This document shows, one piece after another, positions 19,805 through 27,845 of a DNA stretch of 39,762 nucleotides; the stretch's first letter is position 1, and every line of letters begins with the position of its first letter. The stretch comes from Candidatus Buchananbacteria bacterium (GTDB taxonomy: Bacteria > Patescibacteriota > Patescibacteriia > 2-01-FULL-39-33). The position numbers and the translations under genes were made by a program. The notes under the pieces were generated by a model that saw only the letters and a list, made by a program, of their open reading frames with translations, was not told where the DNA came from and made no database searches. The DNA is taken from positions 1-39,762 of the forward strand of contig CAIOLF010000051.1 in assembly GCA_903859075.1 (NCBI GenBank), read 5' to 3'.

Positions 19805-20563
19805 TTATTTAATTCTAATTGCTACCGGGCAATGATCCGAACCCATCACTTCCGGTAGAATAAATCCGGCTGCCAATTTTTTTGTGATGCTAGGCGTCGT
19901 AAAAATATAATCAATGCGCCAGCCAAGATTCCTTGCGCGGCAGCTGGCCATATACGGCCACCAACTATAATGCCCGCCATCTTTATGGAATATCCGAAAA
20001 CTGTCTTTGAATTTCATCTGCTCCAAAATATCAAGCTGTTTTCTCTCTTCCGGCGTAAACATGATATTATCGCGGTTCTGCTTGGGTCGGGCCAAATCCG
20101 ATTCCGTATGCGCGATGTTGAAATCCCCTGCCAGAATCACCGGCTTCTTGCTCTTTATTTTTTTCAAATAAACAAATAACTCTTTGTAGGCCGAAAGCTT
20201 ATAATCCAGTTTTTCTTTCTGCCGGCCGCCATGGGGCAGATAGACATTAATCAGAATAAACTTCTTAAAATCCAGCCGCAAAAATCTGCCTTCGCTGTCA
20301 AACTGCTCCAACCCCATCTTTGTGCGCATGTTTAGCGGCCGCTCCCGACAAAACACCGCCGTGCCGCTATAGCCGGGCTTCTTAGCGTGAGAGAAACAGC
20401 AGCTATAACCTTTGATTTTTTTAAGATCGGCGGGAATCTTATCGCCGGCTGCTTTAATTTCCTGCAAACACAAAATATCCGGCTTGCATTTTTTAAACCA
20501 ATTCAAAAATCCTTTGTTATAAACCGAACGCAAACCGTTGACGTTCCAGGAAATGATTTTCAT
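19805..20563 (-). CDS. xth: Exodeoxyribonuclease III
   Basis: SWNVNGLR, LQEIK, GYSG, GDFNIAH, GWRIDY, SDHCP. Confidence 0.96.
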   Translation of the reverse strand: MKIISWNVNGLRSVYNKGFLNWFKKCKPDILCLQEIKAAGDKIPADLKKIKGYSCCFSHAKKPGYSGTAVFCRERPLNMRTKMGLEQFDSEGRFLRLDFKKFILINVYLPHGGRQKEKLDYKLSAYKELFVYLKKIKSKKPVILAGDFNIAHTESDLARPKQNRDNIMFTPEERKQLDILEQMKFKDSFRIFHKDGGHYSWWPYMASCRARNLGWRIDYIFTTPSITKKLAAGFILPEVMGSDHCPVAIRIK

Positions 20564-20683
20564 ATTTTCTCCAATATATCACACGGCAGCTGCCTTAGTC
20601 CAAACAAAATTCAAAGTCTTGACGCCCTAAGCAAATAGTGCTAATATTAAGAGTCAACCAAAGGTACATATGGAGGAGGAACT

Positions 20684-20998
20684 ATGGCCAAGAAAAACGC
20701 TAGGAAAGTGCCAAGAAAGAACGTCGGGAAAACGCCGGAGAAAAAGAGGGAAATCGAGCCAGGGCAGTATTATTTGGCATCTCCTGATTGTCCCTGGGAT
20801 GGAATAGACCTTTACCGATTGAACGCCGTGCACAGCGATGAATTGGTATTTGTCGACGCTTTCGAGAAGAAAGACGACGGAGGGATCGAGAGAATCGAGA
20901 ACCTGCTAATGCCGGCCAGAAACCTGGACTTGCACAAGCAAGTAACAGCACGGACGCTGGTAAGCTTCAGGGTATTGCCGGCGGCAAAGGCGGCGTAA
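20684..20998 (+). CDS. Hypothetical protein
   Basis: GGAGGAG SD, an upstream TTGACG-17-TAATAT promoter, and a downstream hairpin with a T-run. Confidence 0.6.
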   Translation: MAKKNARKVPRKNVGKTPEKKREIEPGQYYLASPDCPWDGIDLYRLNAVHSDELVFVDAFEKKDDGGIERIENLLMPARNLDLHKQVTARTLVSFRVLPAAKAA

Positions 20999-21015
20999 GT
21001 GACAATATTGACAAT

Positions 21016-21055
21016 GACAACCGACGCGGAATCAGCATTTCGCGTCATTTTTTTA
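21016..21055 (+). terminator. Terminator after 20684..20998
   Basis: GACGCGGAAT...ATTTCGCGTC followed by a T8 run. Confidence 0.6.
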
Positions 21056-21068
21056 AAAAAGTTTTATT

Positions 21069-21106
21069 TAAAACGCCTCCCGGCCAGATGGCGGAGAGGC
21101 GTTTTA
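21069..21106 (-). terminator. Terminator after the radical SAM gene
   Basis: TTAAAACGCCTC...GAGGCGTTTTAA. Confidence 0.65.
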
Positions 21107-21118
21107 AGCATATCGAAA

Positions 21119-22531
21119 TTACTCTTTCTTGGCTAAAACATCATTCCAATAAGGATCGGTGATGTCCTTGAGTTCTTTATCAAATTCATACAGCTTCTCA
21201 TGATACTCGTTGTCTTCCAGCGCTTCGCGGGCCGCTTCGTCTTCCGGCTGGACATTACAGGCGCGGACGATTTCCATAAATTCGCGGTGATGGTCGCGAT
21301 TGAGGCAAGGCCGCAATAAATTAGCGCCGCCTTCTTTATCTAGATACTTCTGTTGCCACTCGCGGCCTTTGACGAAAAAATCGGAAAACATGGCATCGGC
21401 GATTTTCTTGCCCTCGCCGTAGAGCTTGCGGACATTATCCTTATAATAAGGAATAAAGACGCAGGGCATGATATTGGCGTTCCAATCGATATAGAAATAA
21501 TTCTTGCCGCAGGAAATACAGCCCTCGGTCATCTCGGCGCTGTTCCAGAAGTCGGCGACAAACCAGCTCTTCTCGCGAATAAGCTGCCGCCATTTTTTAT
21601 AGAGTTCAAAACGCTCCGTCGGACTAAGCATCAGCTCGGTGGTAAAGCCGCGGCCGATAGGCATATACTGAAACATCCACATATAGGTGGCGCCAAGCTC
21701 GCCGAAGTAATAATCGTAAAATTTTTCTCCGGCCAGGATGGCGGCATTTTTTTTGGTCGCGGTAACCGAGATGCCGAAAGGCACCTGGGCTTGCTTTAAA
21801 TTATCAAGGGCCTTAAGCACCCGCTCATGCGTTCCTTCGCCGCGGCGCTCATCGGTCTGTTCTTTGAAACCCTCTACTGAGATAGCTGGAGTAAGATTGC
21901 CGAGCTCGGCCATCTGCTTGGCGATTTCCGGAGTGATCAATGTACCATTAGTATACATTAAGAAAAAACTGTCCGGCCATAATTTTGGCAGATCCAAAAT
22001 CGTATGGCCTTCACTGTTATACATCAGGGGCTCACCGCCGGAAATGACAAAAAATTTCATGCCCATCTCGTCATGGAACTCTTGCATCATCTTATCGAGC
22101 AAGCTCCACTCCAGAGTCTCGCTATTATCGGCGCCGGAAGAGGCATAACAACCGGTACAGCGGAGATTGCATCTCTTGGTCGGACTTAAGACGACCATTG
22201 ACGGCGGATTGGTACCATATTTTTCTTTGTATCTGGCCACCGCTTTATTGCGCTCTTCATTTTCCAGCATCGCGCCTTTGACCATGGTCTGCACGCCGCG
22301 GGCGGCAAATTTTTTGGAAATCAAGCCACGGTTGATGTTTTTCATCACCGCGGTCATAATGGAGCGAACGCCATAATAGCGATCCAGCTTCACCTCATGA
22401 GGAAACTTTTTTTCGTCGATGACCATGGCTTTATAGAGCATCTTGTCTATTTGCTTGGAGACAAGATAGCGCGCCAGCCGGTTACTCATAACCAGCTTGG
22501 TCAGAAGCGAGATGATGGCGTCATTTTTCAT
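21119..22531 (-). CDS. Radical SAM protein with C-terminal SPASM/twitch-like region
   Basis: CNLRCTGC, SGGEPL, YTNGTLI, ISVEG, GCISCG...MPCVF. Confidence 0.92.
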   Translation of the reverse strand: MKNDAIISLLTKLVMSNRLARYLVSKQIDKMLYKAMVIDEKKFPHEVKLDRYYGVRSIMTAVMKNINRGLISKKFAARGVQTMVKGAMLENEERNKAVARYKEKYGTNPPSMVVLSPTKRCNLRCTGCYASSGADNSETLEWSLLDKMMQEFHDEMGMKFFVISGGEPLMYNSEGHTILDLPKLWPDSFFLMYTNGTLITPEIAKQMAELGNLTPAISVEGFKEQTDERRGEGTHERVLKALDNLKQAQVPFGISVTATKKNAAILAGEKFYDYYFGELGATYMWMFQYMPIGRGFTTELMLSPTERFELYKKWRQLIREKSWFVADFWNSAEMTEGCISCGKNYFYIDWNANIMPCVFIPYYKDNVRKLYGEGKKIADAMFSDFFVKGREWQQKYLDKEGGANLLRPCLNRDHHREFMEIVRACNVQPEDEAAREALEDNEYHEKLYEFDKELKDITDPYWNDVLAKKE

Positions 22532-22672
22532 ATTTTTATATTAATAATATTCTAAATATTTAGCCAAAGCAAGGGAATTCTGCGAATATTTTATTAAAAA
22601 TAATCTAACATTTTAATGAAAATAATGCAAGCCCGAACTTAGCGAGGGCACAATTATACTTAAAATAAAAAA

Positions 22673-22705
22673 GTCGGAAGCAATTCTTTCTGAATTACTT
22701 CCGAC
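22673..22705. terminator. Hairpin, probable terminator
   Basis: GTCGGAAGCAATTC/GAATTACTTCCGAC with an A-run on the left (T-run on the minus strand). Confidence 0.6.
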
Positions 22706-22931
22706 GCAAAATTCAATCCTCCGTCATGCCATTATATCAGCCGGCCAAGTATAAAATGGATGCTGGGTGTCCTCAGATAGTACTGGTACGCCTTATTGCC
22801 GACAAGCTCGATGAGGTGTGCCTCTTCGTTGTAGGCCGCCGCCAAAACAACGATCCAGTACAAAACGCCTTGACTAGCAACCGAACCCGCGCCGCTCTCC
22901 GATCTAACATGTTCATCTTCTCTCCTCCTCT

Positions 22932-23732
22932 CTACCGCTTGTCGGCGGCGATACAGTCACGCAGATTAAGACCCCTGGTGATGTTTTCTATCTTAAAACC
23001 AAGTTCCTCCAGATAGCTGACCGCGCTGGCCGGCTCAATACTTGATCTCGCATTGGCGCCAGTGCAGCTAATGGCCAATATAATCCGGCCGCCCGGGATC
23101 AATACTCGGCTGGTTTCCCTCAATGATTTCTTCCAGCCCATAACCCAGGGCAGCACGTCAACCATCCAGATCTGCCCAATGCTGCCCGCGAGAAAAGGCA
23201 GATCAGTGCAGATCCCTTTGACAAAGCTGACGTCAATTCCTTCAACGCTAGCGATTTGTTTCCCTATCCTGATGATTGGCGAAGATCCGTCCAAGCCGAT
23301 GCACTGGCCCGGAATTTTCCCTTCAAGCTTGAGAAAAGAGAGCTGATGGCAAGTGCCGCCGCCGATGTCGGCCACCGCTCCGGCCTCAAATTTGGACCAT
23401 TGCATCAGATAAGCCAGGAGAGCCGCCTCGCTTCTAGGATCACACAGCGCGCCTTGAATGGCAAACGTTCGTTCGTGCATAGCACAGTACTGGGCGTCAG
23501 ACATTCTTCTCATCTCATCGTGAGAAGGGAACCACTGACTCCTATTGCTAAGATCCTCAAAATGTGAAAGCAGATCTCCAAACCCCAAATAGTCCCGGAC
23601 CATCGGGGCTAACGTCAGCACATCTTTGTCAAGAAATGCTTGGCAGAATCTTTCCAGCTCGCCTTGAGGAGCTATGCCTAGACGATTCCTCTGCAGGAAA
23701 TCCAAGAACGAAGACCGTAATTTTTTCGACAT
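22932..23732 (-). CDS. Class I SAM-dependent methyltransferase
   Basis: VADIGGGT, GLDGS, DLPF, RVLIPGGRI; AAGGAG SD. Confidence 0.85.
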   Translation of the reverse strand: MSKKLRSSFLDFLQRNRLGIAPQGELERFCQAFLDKDVLTLAPMVRDYLGFGDLLSHFEDLSNRSQWFPSHDEMRRMSDAQYCAMHERTFAIQGALCDPRSEAALLAYLMQWSKFEAGAVADIGGGTCHQLSFLKLEGKIPGQCIGLDGSSPIIRIGKQIASVEGIDVSFVKGICTDLPFLAGSIGQIWMVDVLPWVMGWKKSLRETSRVLIPGGRIILAISCTGANARSSIEPASAVSYLEELGFKIENITRGLNLRDCIAADKR

Positions 23733-23856
23733 AACCGACTCCTTCTTAAGTTTGGGCTAAGCGTCCCCTAAATGTGAACGTACAACAAGATACAACAATA
23801 GACACTGTATAATAGCAAAATAATAAAAAATTGTCAATATTGGGCTATTTTCCACA

Positions 23857-23885
23857 TTGACAGGCCGGTAATTAATTGTTAAACT
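23857..23885 (+). promoter_or_regulatory. Promoter of the tRNA-Asn transcript
   Basis: TTGACA-17 nt-TAAACT. Confidence 0.65.
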
Positions 23886-23926
23886 AATTTTACGAGTCAA
23901 TTAAAAAGGCTCTTTTTAAATCCTAC

Positions 23927-23976
23927 ATTCCGCGATAGCTTCAGCCAAAGGCTGATCCGCCTCTGGCGGACAATGG
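23927..23976 (+). pseudogene. Duplicated tRNA-Asn 5' fragment interrupted by a 30-nt double hairpin
   Basis: ATTCCGCGATAGCT (23927-23940) plus CAATGG (23971-23976) equals 24020-24039 exactly once 23941-23970 is removed. Confidence 0.75.
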
Positions 23977-24021
23977 CACGCGTAGCGCCTTTGCAGAAGT
24001 TAAAGTCGAATAAAAAATTAT

Positions 24022-24344
24022 TCCGCGATAGCTCAATGGTAGAGCAACCGGCTGTGATCAATAAACGCAGCTTCCGAAAGAAATTTCGGAATGAAAATCG
24101 GGTGAATTCAGGGAAACCTAAATCCAACGCATTGGATATGGCAATCCTGAGCCAAGTCCTGACATTATGTCGGGAAAGGTGCAGAGACTATCCCCTTGGG
24201 GAGTAGTCCTATTTACATAAATAGGCCGAAGCGCCCGATACCTAAATCTCTTAATGAGATACGGTAGTGATATAGTCCACGCTTTAGTGAAAACTAGAGA
24301 CAAGTGTAACCGGTAGGTTGCTGGTTCGAATCCAGCTCGCGGAG
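24022..24344 (+). tRNA. tRNA-Asn(GTT), intron-containing; exons 24022-24055 and 24307-24344; no encoded CCA
   Basis: Joined exons give a TCCGCGA/TCGCGGA acceptor stem, GCTCAATGGTAGAGC D arm, ACCGG-CTGT|TAA-CCGGT anticodon arm, GCTGG-TTCGAAT-CCAGC T arm and discriminator G. Confidence 0.95.
24056..24306 (+). ncRNA. Group I self-splicing intron, 251 nt, no internal ORF
   Basis: P1 GCUGU/GCAGC with U:G at the splice site; P3 ATCGGGTG/CGCCCGAT; P AATTCAGGGAAA; Q GCAATCCTGAGC; R GTGCAGAGACTA; S GATATAGTCC; terminal G at 24306. Confidence 0.94.
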
Positions 24345-25979
24345 CTGAGAATTGGTTTGCTTAAGAGCAGGGGTTAAAACCCCTGTTTTTATTTGGTTTA
24401 TTAACATTTCAGCGGTTCGAACCCTCTCTTTTACCTGAATTGAACTCGGATTCATTTTTTCCATCGCTTGAAATAGATTACCCCAATGAAAATGGGCTTT
24501 TCTATCCATTAAGATGCGGTTCGAACCAAGCAATTTTAGAAAAGCGTTTCTGCCCTCTGGAGAGCACTTATCAAATATAATATCAGAGTATGACGAGAAC
24601 TTTAGTATCTCTTCCTCAGCTTGCCGATTGGTAGTGATTTTGTCATTGACGTTCTCTCTTTTTTCGCTGATTTCAATCTTCTGTACTTCCAAATCTCTTT
24701 TTTTTGTAACATAGTCTTCCTGACTTAAATCACCGGATAATCGCATATCCAATAAGCGGTCCGTTTTAAATTTGATGCTTGCATGTTGCTGATCCAATTC
24801 TTTAGCCAATCCCATATTCATTCCAAGCTCTAAATATTCGTTGTTTTCTATTTCATTCAGCGCCCAGATGGTGAATGGCAATGGGAATTGTATTTTATGG
24901 ATTTCTTCTTTGATTGAGCCAACTAATATTTCTACCGGAACAACGCTTTGATGGCACTTTTTCCCCTTATCCTTGTCATCCTTGCTTTTAGTACAATGGT
25001 AATAGGTATAAAAGTGTTGTTTTCCTGATTTCTGCGTTTTAGTTTTATTATCGGCAGTGATCGCAGCACCGCATTCCCCGCAGGTAAATACTTTATAGGG
25101 ATGTACTGCACCCAACTGGATAGTCTTGGCCTTCAATCCCAAAGCCTCTTGAACCTGATCAAATAGTTTCTTATCAATCATGGCCGTATGCTTGCCGGTG
25201 TAAATATTGCCACTGTCTTTTGGATACTCATAATAACCATAGTAGAAAGTGTTGGTCAAAATATTGTAAATTGTGGATTTGCCTATCTCGCGCCCAAATT
25301 TACCGGTCAATCCGAGTTCCTTATTAGCCACACCAACCAGGGCGCCGCAGGAGTGCTGTCCTCGTGCGGCAATATGAAATAGCTTCTGGACCTTATAAAA
25401 TTTGTCGGGGTTAGTTATAATCTCTTTGTATCCCTTCTTTTCACTACCGTCTGATTTGTATCCCAGAGGTGGAGTATTGGGGAACCAGCCCTTTTCTGCT
25501 TTGCTAATGATGCCTCTTTTACTTGCTATGCTTAAGTCTTTAACATATTGATTTGATATAGCCATTTCGAGCGCCATAATTATAGAATTATCAGACGGAA
25601 GATATGTATGGAGGGGCGTTATGATGGCTTTGATTTTACCAATCTGTAATCGATGAATAATTTTGCCATTCTCTTCCGCATTTCTAGAAAGACGATTAAT
25701 ATGCCAGCAGACAATTCCGTCGTATTTTCCTTTATCAATATCCTTTAGCATTTTATCAAATTCGGGACGATTATCTGGCCAACTAGCACTCTTCGATTCA
25801 CTAATGGTTGTAAGAATGCTGATATCCATTTTTGAGGAAAGAGGCATAGTTTCTTTAATCTGGTCTGGTATCGACTGGACTTGCCGATCTATGGCTTCTC
25901 CAGATTTTCTGACATAAAGAACAAATTTTAATTGGTGAATATTAACTTCATCGGTGTAGATTAGTTTATATTTCTTCAT
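24294..25979 (-). CDS. Large serine recombinase (integrase)
   Basis: YVRKS catalytic motif, RPEFDKML, NRLSRN, PLGY, ILTNTFYYG, Zn ribbon CGECG...YYHC...C, coiled coil. Likely start ATG 25979. Confidence 0.93.
   Translation of the reverse strand: MKKYKLIYTDEVNIHQLKFVLYVRKSGEAIDRQVQSIPDQIKETMPLSSKMDISILTTISESKSASWPDNRPEFDKMLKDIDKGKYDGIVCWHINRLSRNAEENGKIIHRLQIGKIKAIITPLHTYLPSDNSIIMALEMAISNQYVKDLSIASKRGIISKAEKGWFPNTPPLGYKSDGSEKKGYKEIITNPDKFYKVQKLFHIAARGQHSCGALVGVANKELGLTGKFGREIGKSTIYNILTNTFYYGYYEYPKDSGNIYTGKHTAMIDKKLFDQVQEALGLKAKTIQLGAVHPYKVFTCGECGAAITADNKTKTQKSGKQHFYTYYHCTKSKDDKDKGKKCHQSVVPVEILVGSIKEEIHKIQFPLPFTIWALNEIENNEYLELGMNMGLAKELDQQHASIKFKTDRLLDMRLSGDLSQEDYVTKKRDLEVQKIEISEKRENVNDKITTNRQAEEEILKFSSYSDIIFDKCSPEGRNAFLKLLGSNRILMDRKAHFHWGNLFQAMEKMNPSSIQVKERVRTAEMLINQIKTGVLTPALKQTNSQLRELDSNQQPTGYTCL
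24367..24390 (+). terminator. Terminator of the tRNA-Asn transcript, lying inside the recombinase ORF
   Basis: GCAGGGGTT/AACCCCTGT followed by TTTT. Confidence 0.7.
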
Positions 25980-25998
25980 AATATTTATTTTTTTGTTA

Positions 25999-26172
25999 TT
26001 AGTTAAAATTGGTCGTTTGTCGACCATAGGTTCCATTATAATAAATATCATCGTAAACAGCCAGTAGGTTGGTAGCCATTTCTCTGGCTTCTGATACGGG
26101 GAGCCAATCTCCATAGTAGCAGAAGTAATAAATAATGAATTTAGCTAAGGCTAAATCAGTTAACTGGGTCAT
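25999..26172 (-). CDS. 57-aa protein directly upstream of the integrase
   Basis: MTQLTDLALAKFIIYYFCYYGDWLPVSEAREMATNLLAVYDDIYYNGTYGRQTTNFN; ATG 26172, TAA 25999, 19 nt before the integrase ATG. Confidence 0.6.
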   Translation of the reverse strand: MTQLTDLALAKFIIYYFCYYGDWLPVSEAREMATNLLAVYDDIYYNGTYGRQTTNFN

Positions 26173-26296
26173 AGCGGTAAAATAAAATTAATAATTATAT
26201 TCTCCCTCCGCTTCCACCAGCTTAGGTGTTATTCATATTAACCAATAACTCCTGTAATTGTTTCTATTATATTTTAGAGTTATTTTTTATTATTAG

Positions 26297-26332
26297 TGGT
26301 GCTAGCGTAGAGTTGCCCCCACACTAGCACCA
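26297..26332 (-). terminator. Hairpin after 26339..26707
   Basis: TGGTGCTAG/CTAGCACCA. Confidence 0.45.
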
Positions 26333-26338
26333 AAATAT

Positions 26339-26707
26339 TTATCTTTTGTTCGGCTTGCCTTTTTTCGAAGCAAGACTTTTCTTAATCCGACGTTCAACTT
26401 CTTTATCGGTTGGGAATTCGGTGATAAATTGTCCCTCCACCGTTTTAGGCTTCAATTTCTTGACATTTACTGGTTGAAGACAGAAAGGGCAAAAATATTG
26501 TTCGCTTTCCAAGCTGTAATCAATACTAGCCAAACCCCACTTTTTAATACCATGTTTACATATACCCCAAAGCATGATCCCATAGCCAGGGCTATTGTGC
26601 GTGTAAAAAGCATGGTTAAAATGTTTGTGGCATGAGGGGCATTCAAAAGCCTCAAAGGTCGCGGTCTTTAAACTCTCTTTATTCTTTTGTATTTTTTTTG
26701 TTGTCAT
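26339..26707 (-). CDS. Hypothetical Zn-ribbon protein
   Basis: FECPSC...YFCPFC; basic termini. Confidence 0.6.
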   Translation of the reverse strand: MTTKKIQKNKESLKTATFEAFECPSCHKHFNHAFYTHNSPGYGIMLWGICKHGIKKWGLASIDYSLESEQYFCPFCLQPVNVKKLKPKTVEGQFITEFPTDKEVERRIKKSLASKKGKPNKR

Positions 26708-26753
26708 ATTCTTTTTTTATTTTATTAAATTTCTCCCCCCGCTTATCACCAAA

Positions 26754-26969
26754 TTAGGTGTTGTACAGATCCTGCAATAATTCCCTGACTTGCTGCCGAT
26801 CTTTGGGATCGTAGTCACTAGGATCAACCAATTGCAGAAACTTCCTTTTGAGAAGTGACCTGCTCTTGAGCTTGTGCTTCATCAAGGTTGTTTTGAAGCA
26901 AACTAGACTTGACCAGTCTGGATGCTTCTCCAGGATATTCCGGAACTTTTCTTCAAAGCCCATATGCAT
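26754..26969 (-). CDS. Hypothetical protein
   Basis: AAGGAGG SD; overlaps the upstream ORF in operon fashion. Confidence 0.6.
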   Translation of the reverse strand: MHMGFEEKFRNILEKHPDWSSLVCFKTTLMKHKLKSRSLLKRKFLQLVDPSDYDPKDRQQVRELLQDLYNT

Positions 26970-27171
26970 CCTCCTTGGTTACTTTCTGTTTATTCTTTTT
27001 CATCTTGGACTTGTGAACATTAATCAGCTTGTCCAAGAATCCGGCCATGGTTCGAGTGTCCATGTTTCGTTTGATCCACTCCAATTGCTTACGATTGGCT
27101 CGTACCATCGTATTGAAGTAGGATTTTTGATTCCTGCGCATAATTAGGAAGTTATGAGTAAAATTAGCCAT
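26953..27171 (-). CDS. Small basic protein, possibly ribbon-helix-helix DNA-binding
   Basis: TMVRANRKQLEWIK...TMAGFLDKLIN has a strand-helix-helix pattern (inference). Confidence 0.5.
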   Translation of the reverse strand: MANFTHNFLIMRRNQKSYFNTMVRANRKQLEWIKRNMDTRTMAGFLDKLINVHKSKMKKNKQKVTKEDAYGL

Positions 27172-27206
27172 TCATACAATCTCTTGTAAGATAACTATAC
27201 TCCTAA

Positions 27207-27485
27207 CCCCCCTTCGGGTCTCTGGCAGGCACAACTTTCTTATTTTCTTATTATCTTATCGTTTAATTCTTGTTTTTCACTTCTAAGACTCTTATATCCG
27301 GTGTCCTATAATACTAGTTAATAAGCATTATGTAGCACGGTGTCCAATAGTAAATACAGTTATTAAGGATAGGTACAAGAAAAAAGTGGCGATTTGCATT
27401 AAAAATCATCTCTTCTTCTTGCTTTCAATTGTCAAAGTACAGTTTTAATTTAAAAAATTGTGCCTGCCGTCAACCGTCAGGGGGG
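27207..27485. repeat. Bipartite inverted repeats around an AT-rich core with a 15-bp direct repeat
   Basis: CCCCCCT-N10-GGCAGGCACAA (27207-27234) and its inverse (27458-27485); CGGTGTCC(T/A)ATA(A/G)TA at 27299 and 27338. Confidence 0.7.
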
Positions 27486-27845
27486 ATCCTTTCCACCGGT
27501 TATTTTATTCTCGCCCGGTTACCTAGGATAAGGTTGAGTAACGAGAGAAGTTTTGATCCGAAGATCTTTTTTTGGATGATTCCCTTGTTCTCAGTTGCCT
27601 CATTGAAGGGCAGACTTGAGAGGGGAAATGATCCGAGTGTGGATTAGTGGCCACTTACTATTTTCATATATGAGATCATTATATCATAAGTACAAATCCG
27701 TGTCAGCCAACGCAATGAACTTCTGGTGCCATTTTCTATTATTAGCTATAGCCCCGATATTCATTGGTCTTTTTTCAAGGAATTAGGGAGATATTTTATC
27801 GATTAATATTTTCAGAAAAATTTGCAATTATAATTTTTTTCTGAC

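Noticed and set aside
22726-23016. Plus-strand 96-aa ORF, and a 47-aa minus-strand ORF in frame after the methyltransferase stop (possible readthrough)
   Set aside because: No recognisable motifs. The minus ORF has an SD but cannot be supported further, and nothing indicates TAG readthrough.
23897-24303. Three short ORFs over the tRNA/intron as a possible homing endonuclease
   Set aside because: Too short, with no LAGLIDADG, GIY-YIG or HNH motif; the sequence is explained by RNA structure.
25980-26114. 45-aa N-terminal extension of the recombinase
   Set aside because: Overlaps a more plausible 57-aa ORF in another frame; the catalytic domain begins shortly after ATG 25979.
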